Origin: Octopus vulgaris | Lineage: Eukaryota | DNA length: 64,000 bases | Assembly: GCA_951406725.2 (NCBI GenBank) | Contig: OX597817.1 | Location: forward strand, 74,772,001 to 74,836,000 | Direction: 5' to 3' | Shown here: positions 50,983 to 64,000 of the stretch, piece by piece | Numbering within the stretch: position 1 is the first letter of the stretch | Layout of the letters: each line of letters starts with the position of its first letter | Made by a program: the position numbers and the translations under genes | The notes under the pieces: model-generated | The model's database searches: none | What the model was told of the DNA's origin: nothing | Seen by the model: only the letters and a program-made list of their open reading frames with translations

Positions 50983-52340
50983 AGTATACCAACATTGTGG
51001 CCACCATCAACGGAACTCTCTTCAGTGGGATCATAGTGGAGCTAGATCTTCTAGATGGAGTTATAGCTTTCATTGAAACAGCTTAAATTCAACCACCTAG
51101 GTATTTGATATGAGCATAGTGATGAGTAGCATCAATCAGTTTAGAAAATTTTTTTGTCAGAATTAAACTATTTAATCAAAAATTCTCAGGTTCAAAGAAC
51201 AGTTTAAAGACCAGCTTGTTGATGATTAATGGTTGAAAGTTAGTCTTTTGTAAACAAAGAAGGTACTTCTCCAGCTCCCCTACCTCCTCCAACTCCTGCA
51301 TCATTGGTCATCCCCCCATCCCTTATCTACCATTCACTCCACCCCTCAATCCTACCTAATCTTTTACCTACCTTCCCTCCACTACCCATTCCCCATCTCT
51401 CCTTCATATTCTCTTGCAATCTACACCCACCCACAATCCAGGTTTCTCTGTTCTACTCACCTTGTACCTAGAGGGTCTCACCCAGACATTTCATCACCAC
51501 TGTTTTTATCCTGTGGCAGCAGTTGTTGTTGTTTGCTTGCTCTACAATATTACCCTGTCAGTCTGCTGAGAATTCTCTTGAACAGAGGGCAAGTGTCATT
51601 GTTTTCCTTTGAGGTTCATTTAGGCATTCTACATGATTATTTCCTGTAGGATGGTATTGTGTTGTTTTAGTTTGTACACTGTATACTTTTTCTCCAAAAA
51701 TATTTTAAAAATATCTAGACTTCAGTAAACATGAATGTACTACTTTGATGATGGCTAATCTCTGTAGGAGCAGTGGGAGTGGAGCGGTCATATCTGAGTG
51801 CATAAATGTAAATGTAAACTTTGAATTTTTATCTGTAACCACAAGAAAATTGCAGTAAGTGTTAGGATAATGGTAGAAGACCTCTGAAATCTATTATTGT
51901 GATGCTCAGAGGGTTGTATGGACTTGCTAAGGATGGTAGGATTGTGATTTCAATTCAGGGTATGTGATGCATTTGTCACAAGTGTTTGTTCTTTTTTTTT
52001 TTTTCCACAGTCTCTGATAAGGTATTTGGACTGGATGTAACTGTAATGATTTCCTAGCATCAGGTTCAGTCATTGGGTAGTGGCTTTGCTGGGGCATAAG
52101 ACTTTTTAGGGTATGTATTTTATTTAGCTCAGAAGGATGAAAGGTATAGTGAACCTGAGTGAGATTTAATGTTCAAACTTAGATGTAAACAAATATTCAA
52201 AGTATTTTATTTGACACTTTTGAGTTCAGACCCACTGGGTAGTATCTTGGAAAATAGTCTTCTACTATAGCTACAAACCTACCAAATCTTTGTGAGGGTA
52301 TTTGGTAGATGGGAAATTAAAGAAGCCCATCTTATATCAA

Positions 52341-52985
52341 TCATCATCCTCATCATTTTAACATTCACTTTCCATGTTTGCATGGGTCAGATGGAATTTG
52401 TTGAAGCCGATTTTCTATGAACAGATGCCTTTCCTGTTGCCAACCCTCACCTGTTGCCAAGCAAGCTAATATTTCCCCTTGTCCAGATATATTTTTTCGA
52501 AGACTGGAGACAAATAACACTTGAATTATGGTGATACTCATTTACAATTGTCACTTGATGTCATGACAAGGGTGTAAACACACACACACATGATAGACTT
52601 CTTTCAGTTTCCATCTACAAAATACACTTGCCCTAGGTAGTGCATAATGAGACTGAACTTGAGGCCATATGTTTGGAAAATAGATTTTTTAACCACAATA
52701 TTGGGAAGCAAACTTCCTAACCATGTAGCCGCAGCTATGTGCATGCATGTCTGTTTGTGTGTGTGTTCCTCCCTGTTTTGACTCAGTGTGACTATTGTGA
52801 ATGCCACCATTGTATAAGAGGTTTCTAGTCTTCCATGAAAACATATCTGGCCAAAAGGAAATAATAACTTATTTGGAAATGCATGTGGGCTGGTGACATA
52901 AGGGCATCTAGCTGTGGAAAATCTGTTTCAGTGAATTCTGTCTAACCCATGTAAGCATAGAAAGTGGATATTAAGATGATGATGA
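52341..52985. mobile_element. Two SINE C copies in opposite orientation (- ~52341-52697, + ~52770-52985)
   Basis: (CAT)n-ttaacattcactttccatg... at left; ...catgtaagcatagaaagtggatattaagatgatgatgat at right. Confidence 0.7.
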
Positions 52986-53869
52986 TTTGCTAATTCCATA
53001 ATTTAGCTGTCACATGAGATTGAAATTTAAAAAACTACAAAAAAATAAAAATAGAATAAAATAGAAAAGAATAAAATATATATTTAATTATCTCAGAAAA
53101 TGGTTATTCTAATTCAAATATACTTTTTAAAATGATTGTTTGTATTTAGCTTCCAGGGCAACCTTAGTTATGGTATTTATAATTTCTGATGTGTTTAATC
53201 AAGCAAAAGAAAATTATCACATGAACAGTAATGCAAAGGTGACATACTAAGAAATATATCACAATATAATGTATTATTTAATAGGAGATCTAACTTATTG
53301 ACCAAAAGATAAGGCATTATTTATTCATGGAACTCTGTGTCAGATCAATAACTCTTGCCTTATAAATTATTAGGTGTTGGAAGTTGTATGAATGTCTAGT
53401 TTAATGGATACTTCTAACTAAATAATGTCTCTATGTACTTTTGTGTTGGAGTTGTGACTTATTTTTATCAATGGGAAATGGATACACTGAAAGAGATAGC
53501 ATTTATCCTTTAATTGACTAATGGTCATAAATTTCCTACTGTCCGCTGTACTTAGGATCAGACTGCCCCAACTGACATCACTAATCTTTCAGGGCTACAT
53601 TCACAGTTACTCTTCCTAAACTCAGTTATTTTTTTTTGTTGTTGTTTTTAAATGTATAAATAAAAGATTCACAAATCTGGTCTTAATGTCTTTCTCAGTC
53701 AATGAAGGTAACAGAATGCTTTTGAACAGATTCCTTTAGTCTGTGACTACCAGTAGAAGAATAAGAAAAAGAAAAAAAAAAGAGGAAAAAAACCCAGTTA
53801 TTATCAATGACATTTAGTTTATCATTGTTTTCAACTATTAATTCAATTGTCAACAGCAGTCCATATACG

Positions 53870-54158
53870 ATTTTGAGGGGTCCACACAAGCAAAGCAATA
53901 AGTTGAGCCACAGTTGTATATTAGGGTCCATGAAAAATTTTGGTTTAGATGTATTTAGTGCAAGAGACAGCTAAATTTCTTTCTCAAATGTTTTACATAG
54001 TTTAATCTACATAAGTTGATGCATGCATATCAAAGCAGGAATTTTGAAAGCAGCTTCTATAAAGCTAGTTTTTAAACATTGAATGGCTACAGGGGTCTGC
54101 CAAAATAGAATAATAATCAAAGGGGTTCATAGATAAAAAAATGGTTTGAGAATCACTG
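53870..54158. mobile_element. hAT MITE related to 24079-24310
   Basis: Shared gggtccat...aacattgaatggcta...aatcaaa...aaaaaatggtttgagaatcactg end; left boundary uncertain. Confidence 0.65.
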
Positions 54159-56814
54159 CTTTAATTCATGCAAGCTGACACACCTCCTACCACTAGGTTT
54201 GCCCACTCAATCTATCCTATTCACCATTCTCACTTTTTCCCTTCTTCTCCTTCACACTAAACCCTTTACGACACTGTTCCTTCCTCTCACAAAAACAACC
54301 CTGTTTCATCCCTCGTGGGTGGGTTGGAGATCTCGCTCACCTTGCAAGTTACAAGGTGAACCCATCAATGCTGATGCCACAAAAAACACTCTGCCACACT
54401 CTGTGATTGGTATTTTGTTTGAGTAGTGAGAGTGCAGGATTGACACAGCTATTTAGTCTTGCTAAAGGCAAAAACAACCTTTATGGTGCTGGTGCAAAAG
54501 AAAAAAAAAAATAAGCACCCAGCATACTCTGTAAAATGGCAGAATTGGAGAAAGGAGCACCTGTTGGATCGTGTTAAACCATTCTAGCCATGCCAGCATG
54601 GAAAATGAATGCAAATGATGATGACTGATGTTTGTGGGGTGGCAGCACCCCATGCATATTTGAACTGGGAATAACCTTGCATTAATGTTGATATTTTAGA
54701 AAGTATATAATGTAAAAGAAAAAAAAGTAACAAAATATAGTTTAAAAAGCCATTTTTTATGTTTGGAGATTATCATCAGCTTCAGTGTTTCTACTTGTGC
54801 TTTTCTATGCTGGCATATGTTGGATGTGTTTTTGTTTTCTTTTGTTTTTTTATAGTCATTGTTTCATGACTGACTACTTTTCTTGTTTCCAATCTCATTC
54901 ACTCACCTTATGATATGCTGGGTGATAGGGTACTTTTTTTAAGAATCAGGATATACATGGTAGTCACTTTGTGATACGAATTAATACCTAGGTAAGATGC
55001 TAGTCTATTTCATCTAACAATCCATAGTCTATTGCATCTAACAATCCACAGATCTGATACTTTTTACCAAAGCTAGGTGCATTGTGGTGTATAAGATTTT
55101 CCTGCTCAGAAATACAATGAAATAACCTGCAGCAGATATCAGCCCACATCCAATGAGTTGATTGCTGAATATCTTAACCAGTCAGTTAATTTTGTTTTTT
55201 TTATATGTACTATAAATGCGTTGGCAATAAGAATGACCTCCATCTGACAATAATCAAGTAAATAAATAAACAAATAGGAAAAGGAGGGCAATTATGTTTT
55301 ACTAACACTGTAGTCAAACTCTCTAGTGCCATTGGCATGATGAAATGTATCCAACTTTAAAATTATTACTAAAAATAAGAAAGAATAAAAAAAGAGGGGT
55401 TAGAAAAGACTTCCTAGACAACTAGTGCCAGTAGCACACACACACACACACAAAATGCACCCAGTTCATACTGTTAAATGGCAGGTGATAGGAAGGGCAT
55501 CTAACCAGTAAAAAATATCATACAAAAATTTTTAAAAAAAACACAAACACCGTAACAGAGTTGGGAAGTATTAGTCAGTTGCTGCATGTATCAGATGGCA
55601 AAATCTATGATAAATGTGTGAGACACTCTGAGTCACATCTGACCTATGCCAGCATGGAAAAAAATGGACATAAGATACTATTGAGGATGATTGAATAAAT
55701 GAAATAAAAGCAAACATGCATTTGTGAATGGGTAGAAAAGAAGCCGGATGTGCATTGCTTATTGAACTGCGAAAATCCTCGTCGGCTTTTGATTTGTTCT
55801 TAATCCATATCTAAACCAGTTTTGCCTGTGTTCAACACATCCACAACAAGAGTCACTCAAAGCAAGGAAACATAAATATCAAATATAAACAAGAACAAGA
55901 AATGACTAGACAAAGCAAACAAGACCATTTCAAATTTACCCCCATACTCCTCAAATATTGACCTAGTGTATGTACTACAAAATGATTTTATGTGATATTC
56001 TGCTGTTTCATCTTCAATTGAATTTTATGAAGATACTGCATTAGGTGAAGGTATGATTGTGTGGCAAAATAGTTCACTTTGTAACCCTGTGGCTTTGTGT
56101 TCCATCCAACTGTGTGCTATGTCGGGCGAAGTGTTTTCTAGTATAGACTTTGTAGATAAAAGTGATTGATGGAGATGGTACAGAAGCTTATAGTGTGTGT
56201 GTGGTGCATGCATGAATCTTTATTTCCATGTGTGTTTGTATGACATCATTCGGATAATGGTGATGTCATGTTTACCACTCCTGTAAATAAGACATCTTGT
56301 CGGTTGGTGGTTTTGATGTAGGAAAAACTAATGGAATAAAAACATTTTGCTTGAAAAATAGGTAAAGGTGGATGACCAAATGAACATTCAGTTGTAGAGT
56401 ATTCCTTCAATACACTCGACCAACCTAAGCCAGCATAGGTTAGGGGGGGGGGATAATTATAATATATTTATGAACATATTCTTTATCTAGTCTATAGCTT
56501 GTTCACTTTAGCATCTAGTTCCAAATGTTCCTTGCTTAAAATCTTTCCCAGAATTTCCCAGGTTAATGGGGGTGTTTCTCTACCATTTTTTCTCATGCTC
56601 TACCCCCATCATGAACACAAAAAGTTTATCATCATCATCAAAGAGATAGTAATAAACACACACAACAGGCTTCTCTCAACTTCCATCTACCAAATCCACT
56701 CAGAAAGCTTTGATGACACTTGCCCAAGGTGCTTAGCAATGGGACTAAATCTGAGACCATGTAGTCAAAGCAGAAACTTCTTAACCACACTGTCACAACT
56801 GTATATATTTTTTT

Positions 56815-57184
56815 TTTACTTGTTTCTGTCATTTGACTGCAGCCATGCTGGAGCATCAGCTTTAGTTGAACAAATAGACCCCCAGGTCTTATTCTTTGTA
56901 AGCCTAGTACCGATTCTATCAGTCTCTTTTGCTGAACTGTTAAGTTACAGGGATGTAAACACACCAGCTTTGGTTGTCAAGTGATAGTGGGAGGTGGAGG
57001 AACAAACACAGACACGCGCGCGCGACTGGTTTCTTTCAGTTTCTGCCTACCAAATCTACCCACAAAGCTTTGGTTGGCCTGAGTCTATAGCAGAAGACAC
57101 TTGCCCAAGGTACCACACAGTGGGACTGAACCTAGAACCATGTGGCTGATAAGCAAGCTACTTATCACACATCCACTCCTGCCC
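56815..57184 (-). mobile_element. SINE family A, full length
   Basis: tttacttgtttctgtcatttgactgcagccatgctggagc...cacacatccactcctgccc. Confidence 0.88.
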
Positions 57185-58821
57185 CTATATAGTATATATA
57201 TATATATATATTCAAAACAAGATTTAATTAAAACTTTATTGGAAGTTTTATTTACTTGTTAATTACATATGCTCCATTCTGAAATCCCATGCAACATAGA
57301 AAAATTATTAAATGCTATCTGTAGGGTCTGCATCCACCCTTGAGAAACACTGGGTTAAACTACTAGACTATTGATATGTAAAGTACGAATGAACATACTA
57401 ATTTAGCAGACTAATTATGATCAAGAAGAACAGGGGAGACAATCCAGAATTTGAATTAACTGGACTTAAAGGACTGCTATGGAGAGAGATTGTGATTTCT
57501 TAATGATACAATGACAACTCCAGACATGTTTCAGCCATGTTAGGTCTTACATCAATGAGTTTAAAATTGATTGCAACAGTTTTCTTTATTCTTTCTGGCA
57601 AAACATTGCTTGTCTCAATCTCCTTGTCTTAAAACAGTTCTACTTTTGATTTATATTAGCAGTGTGTCTCTATTGGTACAGCTATAAATAGTAGCATGTA
57701 ATATAATGAGTTAAAAGTCCCCAATATATTACTGTTATTTATAGCTATATCCACTTTGGGCTATACTGTTAAAATGATTCAGTTCATATTTTCTCAAAGC
57801 TTCTACATTTCATTATGTAAAGAATTCTATGACTTAATCATTAAAAGTGGTAAGAGCATCAGGTTATATAAAGAAAGCAGTATATACTTCACCCTTCTGC
57901 AAATTTGCAAAATTCTGAAATTACATTCAGTGAAAAATTAAATATTAGAAAACATTGCCAACACTTGTTTGAAAATCCTTCTAAAGAACTTTATAGACAA
58001 AAGATAAAAGAAGCAGAGGTGGAGAACAATTTTGGTAGATTTTAATTTGGACTTTGAGTTAGTCTCTGACTCGATTACTAACCTTGGTTCTATGTTTAGT
58101 TCCCTTATTTATAACTTAACAAGTTCTTAAAACCACTAATTCGTATTTTGATGTCTCACTTATAAGATTTTACTGGACTTCATCAAAAGTATTCTCAGCG
58201 TCTGCGTTGGCTCACCAGAAACCAAATATTCTTGTGTTAATAGGTTTCTCTAAGACAGTACCTTGGACTTTTTCAGTTGATATCAGTATTTTTATGTGAG
58301 TCAATAATCAATTATCAACCTTCCCATAATCTAATGCAAGCGAACAGGACTACTATTGATTGTAAAGTTTGCAGCATTTCACATTTAATCTTGAATATAA
58401 TGTGACTTTTATTAATTATGTGAATTATTAGCTGTGAAGAAGTAGCTTAGAGTTTTTGCTATGATTTGCCTTCAGGTGATGTTCTGTCTAAAAAAATAAA
58501 TAAATAAATAAATAAATAAAAGTAGTGATATTCAAGTTACGTAAAGCGATCATTTATATAATCATCTACTTAACATCCACTTTTCCCCTACTGACATAAG
58601 TAAGAAATGTATTTCTTACTAAAAATGACAGTATACATTAAGAACCTGTGAAGATCCACTCTAATTTGCTCCTCCTAAATCTTCTTTGATCTAATGCTAC
58701 ATTGTGTACTCTCTACCACTAAGTTGAGTTTTTTCTTCACTTAGCAAGCAATATGCTTTTACACTCTAATCAATCTTGAATACATTTACTGATACTTTTG
58801 AGAATAATGTATTCTCTAAAC

Positions 58822-59081
58822 CAGTGCTACTCAAAGTTGTGGTCCATAGACCGGTGCCAGTCTGTGAGCCATTGAGTTTCCAGAAAAGAAAGAAACATTA
58901 TAAAATGCTTATCTAACATATTATTTGTTTACAAAATAAATATAAGATAAAAAGAATTGTCAGTTTTTATTATATTCTTTATATATATATTGTTTCCGGT
59001 ATAAATTAATATTACTGGTCTCTGACACATTGGGAAAAAAAAACTGTTGGTATGCCACATCAGATAGTTTGAGAAGTGCTA
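58822..59081. mobile_element. hAT (Charlie-like) MITE
   Basis: Ends cagtgctactcaaa / tttgagaagtgcta; perfect 8-bp TSD ctctaaac (58814-58821, 59082-59089). Confidence 0.85.
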
Positions 59082-61398
59082 CTCTAAACTGTCCTTGCTC
59101 AACATGTCTCTCATGATTATATTGTACAGCAACCCAGTCCTATTTATTTGCCTTCTTTGCAAAGATTGCTGACTTCTTGATCTTAATTCTGAACATCTGT
59201 ATCATAATTTGTCTTTCATACAGAGACTGTAACTCTTTGATGAAAAAATTAAATAAATAAATAAGTAAATAGATAAAGGTAGTACTTCTCTTAACTTCTT
59301 TCAGCAACTCTAATCCTTCTCCATGCTAAAACCATCAACTTCAGAATTAATTGGGAACCTCTCCATAATGGCTTCCAGGACTAGGAGTTAAGGATTGGGC
59401 ATTAGAAAACACCTGCATGTAACCTAAATCTAGCATTTTGAGATAATTGCTTATCCTGACATTATCTAAACAACTGTAATTCATCACTCATCTGCTTGTA
59501 GTTCTTTCATTGCATACCAGGCATTAGAATTTGGAGCCTTTTTCAAAAGCCTTTTTATGGTCAATGGTTGCCAACTGGATTACTTTGTTCCTTGTCCAAG
59601 AAGCCTTTTATTCTCTTACACAAGTACATTTGTGATTCTGTAACATAGTTTAAAAACCAAGCTGCATGCTATTTCTAATTAATTTTGGCTCAGACTTTCA
59701 ACTTCATAACTTCATTCATTAGCTTAACCTTTCTCTAATTATTCTTTTCAGTGTATCTCATTAGTCTTTGTAATAGTTAATGGTAGTGCATCTAGGCCAA
59801 TTAAGATCTGGTACCCCGTAGAAAAAAATTGCTTGAAACCAATTAAAATTTTCTTGTTAGAGTTTCTTTTAAGAAAGAACATGCACTTAATATTAGTTTA
59901 TAAATATTGAAATTAAAAACAAAATACAAACATGTTTCTCCTAAAATGGAGTACTGTTTTTCAACTACATCAACATATTGACTCTTTCTTACTGAAATAT
60001 TTCAACCTTTATCAAATATCACTGAACAATAGAAAAAATAATCAATTCTTCTATTGAAATATGGAGATCTTTACTAATTGTTGGAAGTTTTCATCTACTT
60101 CAAACTTTCAAAAAGGAAATGCTTTGATTTTTACTTCCTCAAAATCAGGTTCCTCAAGTAATTTTTTCTACATTTCTTTCTTCACCAGTATGGTCTCAAT
60201 TCTTTGACTGGTTGTATTTTGTTACAATATATATATATATATATATATATGTTATGGTAATCTTACCATAACAGATGGTGTATAGGTAGACTCCATAGAG
60301 CAATGGATGAAATACCATGCAGTATTTAGTTACATCACTTGGTTCCAAGTTCAAATCCTTTTGCCTTTCAATCTTTTCCATTGATAAAAAGCGTATTAGT
60401 CTAGTTTATATAATTGGCTATAACCACTCTCATTGAATTTTTTTTTTCACTTAGGCTTTTGATAGTAACCAATTTTTACACTGAAAGTTTCCTACCACAT
60501 ATCAATTAACTGTTACACTTAGAGTTCAGTACAGCTACAGGAAGAAAAAATGGTTTGGGATTAAAATGCTAGGTTATTGATCATGTGGTTGTAGGTTCAA
60601 ATCCTACACAGCCATTTTTTTAACTCCTGAGTAAGGCTCATATCTTTGCTTGCTCTATTGGGCTAGATGGTTAAGTGCAAAATTTATCCCTAACTTCCTG
60701 GTCAAGTTGTTAGCAGCTGTTAAAAATGTACAGAGGATAAACATTAAAAATAGATATAAAAATAAACTATACACACACAAGCTAGTGAAGGGACTTATAA
60801 ATATTTGGTCAATTTGCTAAAATAGCAACCATATCTTCCTCAAACTCTTGTTTACTGCATTATTTCCCAACTGGAATTTCATGGGAAACACTGACAAATA
60901 GACTAATTATATAAAAATTAGATGTGACTGTGTGGTTAAAAAAAAGCCCTTTTGCAGGTTCAGACACACATTGCATGGTACCTTATGTGCTAAACTCAAC
61001 TATAGTGCCAATAGATCAAATCCTTGTGAGTAAATTTAGTAGACAAGAACTGAAAGAAGCTATTTATATCATATATATATGTCTGTTTGTGTGTGTGTGT
61101 GTGTGTGTGTTTATATGTATAATTTTTGAAAAGTTGTAGATAATATTCAATTTATAGCTTTTTAAAGAATGAGATAAAAACATTTTTTGAAATCATCTCT
61201 TCTAACTGGCTATTTGGTAAACAAGAATTTAATAAATGACCAGTTAAAAGGTATTTTTGCCTTAAAACAAAGTTATCTAGACAAAAACAAAAAAAAAAAC
61301 CGAAATAGTTTGTGTCTATCTTTTATTTATTTATATAAATTTTTAAAAAAAACTTTATATCTTTTTTCTTTTATGTCTGGTGAAATATCTAAGTTTTA

Positions 61399-61900
61399 TC
61401 ATCATCACCATCATCATATGTCTATGTCCCATGCTACCATGGGTTAGATGGTTTGATAGGATCTCATGGGCACAAGGACTGTATTGTACTCCAGTTCCTG
61501 CTGTGGTTTCTACAGCTGGATGCCCTTCCTAATGCTAGCCTCTTTGCAGTGCATACTGTGTGCTTTTCTTGTATCACCAGCACTACTAAAGTCACCATGC
61601 AGCTTGTGACCCTATGAAAACTAAAGGCAGGGGCTTTGTACTAGCAAACATGGGTTGAAATATGTGAGACAGGACTGGGGTAAGGTTAGGTTCTTGTTGT
61701 AGAGGAGGTACCATGGTTTTTCACATTCAGGAGAGAGTGAGAAATGAATCAGTAGTAGCTGTGAAGACATAAAAAGTGGAGATGAGGAGTTGAGGTGGCA
61801 CTTCAAGGTATGAGGAAAGTAGAAGTGAATGGAGACAGAAAAATTTGGAGTGTATGGGGGGGTGTTACCTGAAACTGGAGAGTTTGAGAAATGCAAGAAG
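61399..61900 (-). mobile_element. Non-coding repeat family R with RTE-like 3' tail (other copies ~105-540, 16018-16390, 48113-48680 on -; 19080-19445, 54180-54628 on +)
   Basis: (CAT)n + ccatgctaccatgggtt + gctggatgcccttcctaatgc, then a shared ttcttgttgtagaggag..catgg..tcacatt purine-rich body. Confidence 0.65.
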
Positions 61901-61999
61901 AGAGCAGTAACAAGATGACAATAAGTAGATTGTACAGATATAGAGGATAATGGTATATCCAGGAATTTGAGAACTGAGAACTTTAAAATAAATTTGCAC

Positions 62000-62185
62000 T
62001 TAACACTTTTGATACCAACCCATCTGAGACTGCCCCTGGTTCTTTGATATAAACTTCCTGTTTAAAATGGTTTAAATTAAAACCGTCCATCAAAATTCCC
62101 TGTTAATTTATGTTTGGTTACTTTCCTAAGTTCTTCAATATTGTCAAAATTATTTGAAACAAAAAACTGTGTTTATCAACAGAAA
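62000..62185 (+). mobile_element. piggyBac-like MITE family E, 3'-eroded
   Basis: ttaacacttttgataccaacccatctgagactgcccctggttc... matches the 4209 and 10996 copies. Confidence 0.7.
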
Positions 62186-62689
62186 GTTTAATCAATAGTA
62201 GAAATTTTTAGCATTTTTTTTTTAAGTGTTGAACATTGTTTTATTCAGTGCATTTCTCAAGTATACAAAACAATCCCAGTTGTAGGATTTAAGGATAGTA
62301 GTTCAATACCTTAACTACTTAACTATGATGCTATGATTTAACTACTTTATGTAGTGAAATGTATTTGCAAAATCAATGGTGTTTAGCTTTTGTGTTATCT
62401 CCGGTTTATAATGATTGCAGTAATAATTAGGGAAAAATTCTTGCTATAATTGTTTTTAATGACTCTGTGTCATTGTCTTTGTTTAGCCTCATGTTATCTC
62501 TGATTGAGCAAAATTATGATTTAAGTTGTTCCAACTACATTCATCCCACCTTTTTTTCAAGTATAGTGTTATCTGGGACCACATTATCTTATGTGTGTTT
62601 TATTTTCTTGTTTTTTGTTAAGATGGTGAAGTATGATGACTTTGTGTTTTAAGTATTGGCATTCTTTTAACTCAAGAGAAGCATAGGCA

Positions 62690-62767
62690 ACTTTCCAGGT
62701 GAACTGCTAAGTACTTTCCAGGTGAACTGCTAAGTACTTTCCAGGTGAACTGCTAAGTACTTTCCAG
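62690..62767. repeat. 23-bp perfect minisatellite, 3.4 copies
   Basis: actttccaggtgaactgctaagt at 62690, 62713 and 62736, plus partial actttccag. Confidence 0.95.
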
Positions 62768-63347
62768 AGACATAGCTAAAGAGAAGTAAAGCTTTTTGTT
62801 TGTTTATTTATTTATTTTATTACTCACCTGACCCAAAAGAATTGTTACAATACCTGCAATCAATTAATCAATTACTAAGCACATGAAATCAGGAGTTGGG
62901 AGTCCTGACTGCAATCTGTAAAATAAATGAGAATAAATTAAGCTAGGAGTGTTTTTAGCTTTTTTTTTTAATTTGCCAGATATTATTTACATAGGACATG
63001 GGAAACAATGACTAGTTACTCCCCTTTTATATACCCTTCCTCTTTTATATTTCTTTCATTGAGACAGGGGGAAATGAATTGCAAAGATTTTTGATTACCT
63101 ACTGTTGGTGCAACTTCATATCAAGCATTTTTTATTTGGTATATTTTTAGCAGAATTTTATTATTCTAAATTGATGTAGTCATTAGAAATAGACTGATCA
63201 TTTATTCATACATACTGTTGTTGAGGGAACGTCAAGCATTTAACTCTATTGCAGAAGTGCCTAATGATAAATAGAATTTGAGAGTATCTGTTGGTTATTA
63301 AATTTAATTGCCAATTTTATAGCTGAATTTTTATGAGATGATAGCAT

Positions 63348-63742
63348 ATCGTCATCATCATCTTGTCTAGATTTCCATGCCTGCATGGGTCAGGTGGAAT
63401 TTATATAGTCAGATCGTCTTCCTTCATTAACCCTTTCTTGCTTCCAAACAAGCTAATATCTCCCCATGACCAGACATGTTTTCGCTGAAGACAGGAAACA
63501 AACAATGTCACTTGTATGATTATGATGCTCATTTACAACCATCACATCATGCCAAGACAAAGGCGCGCACACACACACACACACACATGCACGCGCGCAC
63601 GTACATCTATAAAACCCAGTCACAAGAATTTGGTTGGCCCAGGTTTATAGTAGAATACACTTTTGCCCAAGATGTTACTCTGTGGGACTGAACCCAAGGT
63701 CACTTGATTGAAAAGCAAGCTTCTTAACCACACAGCCATGCC
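63348..63742 (-). mobile_element. SINE family C
   Basis: (CAT)n, ttccatgcctgcatgggtcag, (CA)n, reversed head ending cttcttaaccacacagccatgcc. Confidence 0.78.
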
Positions 63743-63935
63743 AGCATCTATTTTTAACAATATTTAACAATTCATTCTTTGATTATTAGCATTTGCATTT
63801 TGAATCTTGGCATTTTTTCTTTTTATCTTTTGTTTATAATGGGAAATATTAGTGCATTTAATTTGATACATCTGGAGATGTAAAGACATTCAGATCACAA
63901 ATTTGGTTGGTTCTATATATATGTATATTTATATG

Positions 63936-63977
<42 letters not shown>

Positions 63978-64000
63978 CTCATTTATTTGCAAGGAATGTA

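Noticed and set aside
52011-52021. 11-nt micro-exon after strong acceptor ttttttccacag with aag|gtattt donor
   Set aside because: It would introduce an immediate stop after the 39143 exon, it abuts a family-G-like repeat, and such signals arise by chance in T-rich introns. No support without RNA data.
55725-55880. Short CpG-containing unique stretch as an exon or ncRNA
   Set aside because: No convincing splice sites, no recognisable peptide in any frame, and only a 6-bp closing stem.
57500-58300. Possible decayed Penelope RT on the minus strand
   Set aside because: Motif resemblance too weak to support without a translated search.
62690-62767. CRISPR array
   Set aside because: 23-bp units are directly adjacent with no spacers; eukaryotic context and no cas genes.

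Overview
AT-rich, repeat-dense eukaryotic genomic DNA, most likely from a coleoid cephalopod (Octopus-like; inferred from the SINE/RTE repertoire and (TA)n/(CA)n density, not proven). The only host coding sequence I can support is one 112-bp + strand exon (39032-39143) of a RanBP9/RanBP10 (RanBPM) SPRY-domain gene. I could not find the flanking exons, so the window looks like two very long introns (>39 kb and >24 kb). These are filled with transposable elements. The main one is a young, 5'-truncated RTE-clade LINE (~5587-9183) with a single frameshift and a complete C4HC3 PHD finger inserted inside its reverse-transcriptase region. There are also older RTE fragments, at least four tRNA-derived SINE types (one carrying the RTE 3' tail), a non-autonomous Helitron, hAT- and piggyBac-type MITEs, two decayed Tc1/mariner transposases and a Dong/R4-type fragment sitting in a (TAA)n tract. 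Nearly all short ORFs in the supplied track are repeat or microsatellite artefacts. Family letters (A, B, C...) are my own labels, and boundaries of degenerate copies are approximate.
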